Of a DNA stretch of 16,046 nucleotides, positions 1 to 5,773 are shown one piece after another. A program made the position numbers and the translations under genes. The notes below the pieces were generated by a model. The model had not been told where the DNA came from, did no database searches, and was given only the letters and a program-made list of their open reading frames with translations. The stretch's first letter is position 1. Each line of letters starts with the position of its first letter. The DNA comes from an uncultured Planctomycetia bacterium (GTDB taxonomy: Bacteria > Omnitrophota > Gorgyraeia > JAFGHF01), in contig CAZEQA010000013.1 in the NCBI GenBank assembly GCA_964514265.1, forward strand, positions 1 through 16,046. The letters are read 5' to 3'.

Positions 1-1
1 G

Positions 2-361
2 GTAAAACCGGCCTTCAATGAGGTCAACGAAGCGAAACAGGAGAAGGAGCGGATGATTAACCAGGCCTGGGAAGCTTATAACAAAGCAATTCCTCGGGCC
101 CGCGGTGAGGCGGAAAAAGTCATTCGTGAAGCCGAAGGATATCAATTAGATAAGGTCAACCGGGCCAAAGGCGAGGCAGAGAGATTCTTAGATACCTGGG
201 CAGAATATAAAAAGGCGCCCGAGATTTCCCAGAAAAGGCTTTATCTGGATACAATGATGGAGGTTTTGCCCAAGGCAAAAGAGAAATATATAATCGATCC
301 CCAGCAGACCTCGATTCTGCCATTATTAAATATTGGCCAGAAAGGAGGGACTCAGCAATGA
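2..361 (+). CDS. hflK: FtsH protease modulator HflK, C-terminal fragment. The 5' end is cut by the window edge.
   Basis: Reading from nt 2 gives VKPAFNEVNEAKQEKERMINQAWEAYNKAIPRARGEAEKVIREAEGYQLDKVNRAKGEAERFLDTWAEYKKAPEISQKRLYLDTMMEVL. This matches the conserved HflK C-terminus (RPAF..REAEAY..RANGEA..RF..YK.APEITR.RLY.ETM..VL). The stop at 359-361 overlaps the hflC ATG in an ATGA arrangement, the usual hflK-hflC coupling. Confidence 0.85.
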   Translation, partial: VKPAFNEVNEAKQEKERMINQAWEAYNKAIPRARGEAEKVIREAEGYQLDKVNRAKGEAERFLDTWAEYKKAPEISQKRLYLDTMMEVLPKAKEKYIIDPQQTSILPLLNIGQKGGTQQ

Positions 362-1317
362 AACCGATTTTAAGGATAATAGGGATTTTAGTAATTCTGG
401 TAATAGCTCTATTTTTAAGCGGCACAATATATATACTCGATGAAACCAAGCAGGTGGTAATTACCCAATTTGGTAAGCCTATAGGTGAGCCGATTGCTGC
501 TGCCGGGTTACATTTCAAAACACCGTTTATCCAGCGGGCCCAGTATTTTGAGAAAAGACTTCTGAACTGGGATGGCGACCCTAATCAGATTCCCACCAAA
601 GATAAAAAGTATATCTGGCTAGATACTACTGCCCGCTGGAAAATCAGCGATGCCTTGAAATTTTTGCAATCAGTGGGAACGGAGACCGGTGCGTATGCAA
701 GGCTCGATGATATTGTCAATTCCGCCACACGCGATGCCATTACCAGCCATCTCCTTGTTGAGGCAATCAGGAATACCAATCGCATCCTGGAAACTAAAGA
801 GAAAGAAGAGGATATCATCGTAGTTACTGAAGAGGCGTTAGAGGAAATTAAGGTTGGCCGACAAACCCTGGCGGACATGATTTTGAATAAGGCCAAAGTC
901 CTTGCTCCTCAATACGGCATTGAATTGATAGATGTGCGCATCAAGCGCATCAATTATGTTGAAGCGGTGCAAAGGAAGGTCTATGAGCGGATGATTGCCG
1001 AAAGGAAACGGGCCGCTGAGCAATATCGCTCTGAAGGTCAGGGAAAGAAGGCGGAGATTGAAGGTCAGACGGGCAAAGAATTAAAACAGATTACTTCCGA
1101 GGCCTACCGCAAGGCCCAGGGCATCAGAGGAAAGACGGATGCTGAGACAACCAGGATTTATGCCGATGCCTATAATAAGGATCCCGCATTTTATTCATTC
1201 ATGAAGACATTGGAGACATACCGCAAGACGATTGATGAGAAATCTACCATAATCCTGACCACCGACAGTGATTACTATAAATATCTGAAGGGTCTTAAAG
1301 GCAGGCCAAAAGATTAA
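358..1317 (+). CDS. hflC: FtsH protease modulator HflC (SPFH/band-7 membrane protein).
   Basis: 319 aa with one N-terminal TM helix (ILRIIGILVILVIALFLSGTIYIL) followed by SPFH-domain sequence (VVITQFGKPIGEP..GLHFKTPFIQRAQYFEKRLLNWDG). It sits immediately after hflK with a 4-nt overlap. Confidence 0.85.
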   Translation: MKPILRIIGILVILVIALFLSGTIYILDETKQVVITQFGKPIGEPIAAAGLHFKTPFIQRAQYFEKRLLNWDGDPNQIPTKDKKYIWLDTTARWKISDALKFLQSVGTETGAYARLDDIVNSATRDAITSHLLVEAIRNTNRILETKEKEEDIIVVTEEALEEIKVGRQTLADMILNKAKVLAPQYGIELIDVRIKRINYVEAVQRKVYERMIAERKRAAEQYRSEGQGKKAEIEGQTGKELKQITSEAYRKAQGIRGKTDAETTRIYADAYNKDPAFYSFMKTLETYRKTIDEKSTIILTTDSDYYKYLKGLKGRPKD

Positions 1318-1324
1318 GGTGCCG

Positions 1325-1368
1325 AGGTCCTTCGCCTCGTAAGAGCTAGAGGACCGATTTGTACCCTG
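1325..1368 (+). repeat. Conserved hairpin-containing leader element upstream of tRNA-Ser (copy 1).
   Basis: Pattern aGGTCCTTCG-n4-GTAAGAGC-n-AGAGGACCGATTTGTA-n-CCTG. It contains the inverted repeat GGTCCT...AGGACC. A near-identical copy sits at 8122-8165. Both lie 17-18 nt upstream of a tRNA-Ser 5' end. Confidence 0.6.
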
Positions 1369-1385
1369 AAAGAAACCGACAAACC

Positions 1386-1472
1386 GGAGAGGTCGCATAG
1401 TCTGGTCTAGTGCGCGTGTTTGGAGAACACGTGTGCCGAAAGGTACCCTGGGTTCGAATCCCAGCCTCTCCG
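1386..1472 (+). tRNA. tRNA-Ser(GGA), class II with a long variable arm. No CCA is encoded; a T6 run follows.
   Basis: Manual fold: acceptor GGAGAGG/CCTCTCC, 3-bp D-stem GCA/TGC, anticodon stem CGTGT/ACACG with loop TTGGAGA (U33, anticodon GGA, G37), a long variable arm GTGCC-gaaa-GGTAC, T-arm CTGGG-TTCGAAT-CCCAG, discriminator G. Confidence 0.85.
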
Positions 1473-1598
1473 TTTTTTATAACTCCTTATTTTACAAGTA
1501 GTTGAAACATACTGCAAAATTTATCTCACCATATACTCCTTTGAGGCATAAAGCTTCTCATAAAAATTTAAAATTATATTTGCGATTTTAAAAAATTT

Positions 1599-1635
1599 AT
1601 GTTAACCTTATAGATGTTGGTTAACATACGTTAAC
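1599..1635 (+). promoter_or_regulatory. Putative autoregulatory operator and promoter of the HTH-Doc operon.
   Basis: A perfect 9-bp inverted repeat ATGTTAACC (1599-1607) / GGTTAACAT (1619-1627) flanks a TATAGA -10-like hexamer (1609-1614). A third GTTAAC lies at 1630-1635 and GGTTAAT at 1648-1654. All sit roughly 50-100 nt upstream of the HTH gene start. Confidence 0.45.
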
Positions 1636-1698
1636 TAATGGTTGCATGGTTAATAAAACCGCATTAATTAGTAAGCATAGATAAAAAAAGGAAAGATA

Positions 1699-1956
1699 AT
1701 GAAACAAACTCAATTTATTAGCATTCAGGAACTGGCCAATATTTTAGGAATAAGCAGAATTGCCGTTTATAAGAAAGTCAAAAAGGGCCAAATTAAAGCT
1801 ATGAAAATCGGAAGAAATTTTGCTATACCTAAGAGGTATGTAGCTCATATATTAGGAAAAGCTTTGAGTAATAAAGACAAACAAAGTATAGATAGAGCAA
1901 TAAAAAGGACAGTGCAAGACTATGGAGAGGTGTTGAAACTTCTAGGTAGGACATAA
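1699..1956 (+). CDS. Small helix-turn-helix DNA-binding protein (excisionase/MerR-like HTH), putative antitoxin.
   Basis: 85 aa. The segment IQELANILGISRIAVYKKVKKGQIKAMKIGRNFAIPKRYV is a typical excisionase-family HTH. Its stop TAA overlaps the ATG of the downstream Doc gene (ATAATGA). Confidence 0.7.
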   Translation: MKQTQFISIQELANILGISRIAVYKKVKKGQIKAMKIGRNFAIPKRYVAHILGKALSNKDKQSIDRAIKRTVQDYGEVLKLLGRT

Positions 1957-2372
1957 TGAAGATACTCAACGTAAAAGAGGTAGAGTATATCGCCTTCCGC
2001 TTAGCACAACAAATATTATCTTTTAATGAACCTATACCAGATTTTTCAACAAGATTCCCTAATGTTTTGGAAAGTTGCTTAGCTGTCCCATTTCAAACTT
2101 TCTTAGGCAAATCCCCCTATCCAAATCTTATCTCTAAAGCGAGCATTCTCTTTTATCTGATGCTTAAAAATCACCCTTTTCAAAATGGTAATAAAAGGAT
2201 TGCTATGACTACTTTATTTGTGTTTTTATATAAAAACACAAAATGGATTAAGGTGGATACTCAAGAACTTTATAATTTTACTATGTGGATTGCCCAAAGC
2301 CCTGCTAACACTAAAGACGAAACAGTGAAAGCTATAGAAAAATTCTTGAAAAAAAATGTAGTGAATTTATAG
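1956..2372 (+). CDS. Doc (death-on-curing)/Fic-family toxin.
   Basis: 138 aa. The Doc signature HxFx(D/N)GNKR is present as HPFQNGNKRIAMT. Doc P1 has HIFNDANKRTAL at the equivalent position. The size fits Doc toxins, and the gene is translationally coupled to the upstream HTH gene. Confidence 0.75.
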   Translation: MKILNVKEVEYIAFRLAQQILSFNEPIPDFSTRFPNVLESCLAVPFQTFLGKSPYPNLISKASILFYLMLKNHPFQNGNKRIAMTTLFVFLYKNTKWIKVDTQELYNFTMWIAQSPANTKDETVKAIEKFLKKNVVNL

Positions 2373-2383
2373 AAAATGTAAAC

Positions 2384-2412
2384 TTGATGTAACGCGATTA
2401 TAGTGCTAAAAT
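2384..2412 (+). promoter_or_regulatory. Candidate sigma70 promoter for the membrane-protein gene.
   Basis: TTGATG (2384-2389), a 17-nt spacer, TAAAAT (2407-2412), then AGGAG (2427-2431) and the ATG at 2434. Confidence 0.4.
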
Positions 2413-2433
2413 AGAATCTTTAAAATAGGAGAA

Positions 2434-2862
2434 ATGATGTTGAAAAAGATAGGCATTTGGGTTTTGGTTTATAGTATTATATGCGCAGGGATAATAAATT
2501 ATTCTTTATGGTTTGGGTTAGCTCTTGGAGTGGGCGGTTCAGGCATATTTTATAAATTTAACACTGCTGTGAATTCAATTTTTAATATACTTGATGTCCT
2601 TCTTCCAATAGGCATATTAGCAGGCTTCTTGCTAACATTGATTGGGAGCATCTGCTTGATGTCAAATAAGATAGGTGGCAAAAAAATATCTGTGTGGGGC
2701 ATATTTCTTTCTATAGCTGGCTCTCTATTGGGAGTTATGTTAACTTTTATTTGCTGCATATATGGCTTTGACTTCTTTTATGATTTTCTCCCTATAGCTA
2801 TCATGGCAGCTATTATTACTAGTACAGGAATATTGCTTAATAAGAAGTTAAAGCAAATTTAA
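2434..2862 (+). CDS. Hypothetical small integral membrane protein, about 4 TM helices, Cys- and aromatic-rich.
   Basis: 142 aa with four hydrophobic stretches (IGIWVLVYSIICAGIINYSLWFGLALGV; LLPIGILAGFLLTLIGSICLM; ISVWGIFLSIAGSLLGVMLTFICCIY; LPIAIMAAIITSTGILL). AGGAG RBS. AT-rich codon usage like the rest of the islet. Confidence 0.6.
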   Translation: MMLKKIGIWVLVYSIICAGIINYSLWFGLALGVGGSGIFYKFNTAVNSIFNILDVLLPIGILAGFLLTLIGSICLMSNKIGGKKISVWGIFLSIAGSLLGVMLTFICCIYGFDFFYDFLPIAIMAAIITSTGILLNKKLKQI

Positions 2863-2878
2863 ATAAATGGTTCAGATT

Positions 2879-2900
2879 GGTGTTAAAAGTGGTGTTAAAA
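2879..2900 (+). repeat. Tandem direct repeat GGTGTTAAAA x2 next to attR.
   Basis: GGTGTTAAAA at 2879-2888 and 2891-2900, about 20 nt before the attR-like tRNA fragment. The position fits arm-type recombinase binding sites. Confidence 0.35.
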
Positions 2901-2964
2901 CAGGGGTTTTGAAGCGGAAACTGGGCCCGTCCCAGCCTCTCCGCCAAAAATAGGACGGGTTTAT

Positions 2965-3294
2965 TTGTTGCTGAAAGAAATAGTAGAGCAATGCAGCGGG
3001 TTAGGTATTTATGAAAAACGGGATATTACCGATGAGTACGTTGAGCTTGTGTTTTACAACAAAGAACAGGATGAATGGAACAGGATATTTACTGATATTT
3101 TGGGCCCGGTGATAAAACCGGCAGGATTAGAACCTACTGAAGATGACCTACGCCTGACAAAGGACTACGGCGGGATCCGTATTAACCAGACATTATTTAA
3201 AAAAAAGTTTGATGGCGTTACCGTGATAGCCATGTTTTGGCCCTGGCAAGACGGTATGCAAACCACATTAAAGATAGGCCTTTTAAAAGAATGA
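2965..3294 (+). CDS. Hypothetical cytoplasmic protein, acidic, with a TTG start.
   Basis: 109-aa ORF starting at TTG with a possible SD (AGGACGGG) upstream. Its stop TGA overlaps the ATG at 3291 of the next gene, which suggests coupling. No recognisable motif. Confidence 0.4.
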   Translation: MLLKEIVEQCSGLGIYEKRDITDEYVELVFYNKEQDEWNRIFTDILGPVIKPAGLEPTEDDLRLTKDYGGIRINQTLFKKKFDGVTVIAMFWPWQDGMQTTLKIGLLKE

Positions 3295-3896
3295 GACCTT
3301 TAGTTCTTATAATCCTCATATGTTTGGCACCTTTAATTGTCTTAGCCGAACAGCCCGATGCTACAACTCAAGTAAGCCCTGAATATTCAGAAGAGACCGA
3401 TAAATCCGAGGCATTAGATTCAACTATAGAGCAGCTAAAGCAGGAATTAGAACAAGTAAACCAACAATTGAAGAGTATAGGAGAAACACAGGAGCAATTG
3501 GAACTCGACCGCCAGAAATTAGGACGAATCGTCATAGATAACAATGAACTTTTCACCCTCAAAGTAATGAGGGATATTGCTATAGCCTGTGAATCTTTTC
3601 GCCTAAATCAAAGGCTAAAGAGTTATCCGAGAAGATTTGAAGAACTAAAAGACTATACTTCAGAGGGTATAATGAATGCTACTCGTCCCTCTAAGGCTAT
3701 ATTTGGGTATTATTATAAATATCGATGTGTAAATAAGGATAGCTTTAGGCTAAAGGCCATTCCCGCTACTAAAGGTAAAACCGGAGAAAGGACATTTGTC
3801 CTTGATAATACTGACGTTATAATCGACGAGGAAACAGGTAAACCCGTAAGTTCAAAGAAACGCCAGAGTCAAAAAGATGAAGGAGAGATAGAATGA
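3291..3896 (+). CDS. Hypothetical secreted protein with an N-terminal signal peptide and a coiled-coil segment.
   Basis: The ORF track offers an ATG at 3237. The in-frame ATG at 3291 gives MRPLVLIILICLAPLIVLAEQ, a classic signal peptide. A heptad-like stretch EQLKQELEQVNQQLKSIGETQEQLELDRQKL follows. The stop overlaps the next ATG. Confidence 0.55.
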   Translation: MRPLVLIILICLAPLIVLAEQPDATTQVSPEYSEETDKSEALDSTIEQLKQELEQVNQQLKSIGETQEQLELDRQKLGRIVIDNNELFTLKVMRDIAIACESFRLNQRLKSYPRRFEELKDYTSEGIMNATRPSKAIFGYYYKYRCVNKDSFRLKAIPATKGKTGERTFVLDNTDVIIDEETGKPVSSKKRQSQKDEGEIE

Positions 3897-4585
3897 GGCG
3901 TATGGTAATTTCCTTAATGCTTGTCTTTACTTTGGTAGCAAATGTTTTTGCCGCTGATTATTCGGAAAACTACATCTTTATCCATAACTTGGTTGATTGC
4001 CTGGAAAGGCTTCAATCAGCTGCCCGCTATAGTATCGAGGATGCAGAATACGAATCCTTATTACCGAATCTCCATAAACAGATATCTTACTTCAGAGATG
4101 CAAAGATATTTATAAAAGACTGGTTAGACAGCAAAAATATGGCGATTAAGGCCACTGCTGCGGGAATGTATGTGGATATTTCTGAAATAGAAGATGCCGC
4201 TAAGAGCTTAATAAATATTTTAAGTGCGCCAACATTAGAGGATATACCGGATATATCCAAGCACTGTTCGCAAATAGGTTTTGCCTGGAATAAAGTTTTT
4301 CAAAGTAGCGGTTTTGCTCTCTGGGTTATTGCTCAACCTGCGAAATCTAAAGACCCTAAGGGAAAAATCCCTTTTATTATTTCCGATAAAGAACGCCAAG
4401 ATCTCATTAAATATCTTAATAAAATCTTTGGCAGAGACTTTAGGGAATATGAACAATTGCTCAGCCAAAAAGATAAAGGTGAAATTAGTGAATTTAAACT
4501 TACAATTCCTGTCTGGTCGGCACTACATTTGCGGTCATTACTAACGCAAGAAACATACGAACAGGCAGAGAGAGAGGAGGACTAG
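3893..4585 (+). CDS. Hypothetical secreted protein with a signal peptide.
   Basis: 230 aa. MRRMVISLMLVFTLVANVFA|ADYS is a signal peptide with an AXA-like cleavage site. No recognisable catalytic motif. Confidence 0.55.
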   Translation: MRRMVISLMLVFTLVANVFAADYSENYIFIHNLVDCLERLQSAARYSIEDAEYESLLPNLHKQISYFRDAKIFIKDWLDSKNMAIKATAAGMYVDISEIEDAAKSLINILSAPTLEDIPDISKHCSQIGFAWNKVFQSSGFALWVIAQPAKSKDPKGKIPFIISDKERQDLIKYLNKIFGRDFREYEQLLSQKDKGEISEFKLTIPVWSALHLRSLLTQETYEQAEREED

Positions 4586-4587
4586 AG

Positions 4588-5586
4588 ATGAAAATTTTAC
4601 AGGTTGCTTATCCCTACATAAGCACACCGCCTAAAGGCTACGGAGGAAGTGAAAGAGTAGCATCTCAAATTGTTGAAGAATTAGTCAAGCGTGGTCATGA
4701 AGTGCATTTATTGGCAACTGGAGATTCTGTGACAAAAGCTAAGTTGCATTATGTTTATCCAGAGCAATTAACTTTGGCCAATGGTAATTCATATTATAAT
4801 ATCCAGCAGTATTTAAAAGCTAAAGAGTTGGTAAAGACTCTGGGGATAGAGATTGTCCATAACCATATGGGCGAGGCCGGATATGAGATTTTACCCGGTA
4901 GAAATGTTACTACTATGCATAATGATTACAAACTTAAACTTGGTCATTGTGTGGCCATTAGTCAAAATCAAGCTCAGAGGGTGGGATTAACCAAAGTTGC
5001 TTATAATGCCATCGAGGTGGATAAATATACGTATTCCGAAGAAAAAGAAGACTTTATGTTGTGGCTGGGTAATTGTATGCGAGGCAAAGGCCCCGAAGTA
5101 GCGATAAAACTAGCCAAGGACTTAAAAGTAAAATTAGTAATGTGCCTGAAGGTGGATAAAGGCACAACGGTAGAAGATTATTATAATGAAAGGATTGTGC
5201 CGGCATTAAAAGGGACTAAAGGTTTGGTTGAAGTTAAGGGTATCGTATTGTTAAAAGAAAAGCTACGCCTCTATGCTAAAGCCAAGGTGTTTTTATTGCC
5301 GATTAGTTGGAATGAACCATTTGGGCTGGTAATGTTAGAGGCGATGTCCAGCGGAACCCCGGTTGTGGGCTACTCTTACGGAAGCGTGCCCGAGATAATA
5401 TCTCACGGCGAGAGTGGTTATATCGCACCCCCAGACGATTACACAGCCTTTAAAAAATATGTTAAGCAAGCACTAAAGGGTAAAATTAGTCCTAAGAAAT
5501 GTCTGGAACAGGCCAAAAAGTTTAGCGTAGAAAGAATGGTTGATAGTTACGAAAAAATATATCAGGATGTTTTAAGCGGTAGTTAA
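4588..5586 (+). CDS. Family 4 glycosyltransferase (GT4, GT-B fold; group 1 glycosyl transferase).
   Basis: 332 aa. N-terminal YGGSERVASQIVEELVKRGHEVHLLA matches GT4 N-domains. The C-terminal segment EPFGLVMLEAMSSGTPVVGYSYGSVPEIISHGESGYI is the typical GT4 EX7E/nucleotide-sugar binding region. Confidence 0.75.
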   Translation: MKILQVAYPYISTPPKGYGGSERVASQIVEELVKRGHEVHLLATGDSVTKAKLHYVYPEQLTLANGNSYYNIQQYLKAKELVKTLGIEIVHNHMGEAGYEILPGRNVTTMHNDYKLKLGHCVAISQNQAQRVGLTKVAYNAIEVDKYTYSEEKEDFMLWLGNCMRGKGPEVAIKLAKDLKVKLVMCLKVDKGTTVEDYYNERIVPALKGTKGLVEVKGIVLLKEKLRLYAKAKVFLLPISWNEPFGLVMLEAMSSGTPVVGYSYGSVPEIISHGESGYIAPPDDYTAFKKYVKQALKGKISPKKCLEQAKKFSVERMVDSYEKIYQDVLSGS

Positions 5587-5639
5587 GTTTCTGCGCCCCT
5601 CCTCCTACGCCCTTCAAAGCGGGGCAAACTATAGTAGGG

Positions 5640-5669
5640 CTTCGGAGGACAAGACGCTACGTCCTGAAG
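5640..5669 (+). repeat. Structured leader hairpin upstream of tRNA-Arg.
   Basis: CTTC-gg-AGGAC (5640-5650), a 10-nt loop, GTCCT-GAAG (5661-5669). It uses the same GGAC/GTCC arm identity as the elements upstream of both tRNA-Ser genes. A further GCCCC..GGGGC hairpin lies at 5595-5625. Confidence 0.4.
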
Positions 5670-5684
5670 TAGAATAACATTGAA

Positions 5685-5758
5685 GCGCCCGTAGCTCAAT
5701 TGGATAGAGCACTAGTCTACGGAACTAGGTGTTGGCCGTTCGAGCCGGCCCGGGCGCG
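5685..5758 (+). tRNA. tRNA-Arg(ACG).
   Basis: Manual fold: acceptor GCGCCCG/CGGGCGC, D-arm GCTC-AATTGGATA-GAGC, anticodon stem CTAGT/ACTAG with loop CTACGGA (anticodon ACG), variable GTGTT, T-arm GGCCG-TTCGAGC-CGGCC, discriminator G. 74 nt, no CCA encoded. Confidence 0.85.
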
Positions 5759-5773
5759 TTAAATATCTGTGTA

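Larger units (their letters stand above)
1473..2946 (+). mobile_element. About 1.47-kb integrated islet at the 3' end of tRNA-Ser(GGA), probably a degenerate integrative element. No integrase is present.
   Basis: The 14-nt segment TCCCAGCCTCTCCG at the tRNA 3' end (1459-1472) is repeated exactly at 2930-2943. Similarity extends to a degenerate T-arm: CTGGG..TCCCAGCCTCTCCG at 2920-2943, followed by CCA as at the tRNA-Ser(GCT) locus. The interior is markedly AT-rich and carries an HTH-Doc toxin-antitoxin pair plus a membrane protein. Confidence 0.6.

Noticed and set aside
156-1398. Minus-strand ORFs 156-518, 585-896, 838-1023 and 1195-1398.
   Set aside because: All lie antisense within the well-supported hflK and hflC coding regions. 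No motifs are present and they have typical shadow-frame composition.
1473-2946. Looked for an integrase or recombinase, transposase or terminal inverted repeats in the islet.
   Set aside because: No ORF with recombinase motifs was found. There is no long ORF outside the three small genes, and no terminal inverted repeats. Only the direct repeat of the tRNA 3' end is present, so the islet is not called a complete mobile element.
2920-2965. CCCGTCC...GGACGGG TTTATTT as a plain rho-independent terminator of the membrane-protein gene.
   Set aside because: The 20-nt loop is atypical for a terminator. The loop and the 5' arm are exactly the duplicated tRNA-Ser 3' end, so the attR interpretation explains it better, though it may still terminate transcription.
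5729-5773. 5' extension of the HExxH protein ORF (MLAVRAGPGALNICV...) given in the track.
   Set aside because: It overlaps the 3' half of tRNA-Arg(ACG). The in-frame ATGATG at 5774 gives a proper N-terminal TM anchor.
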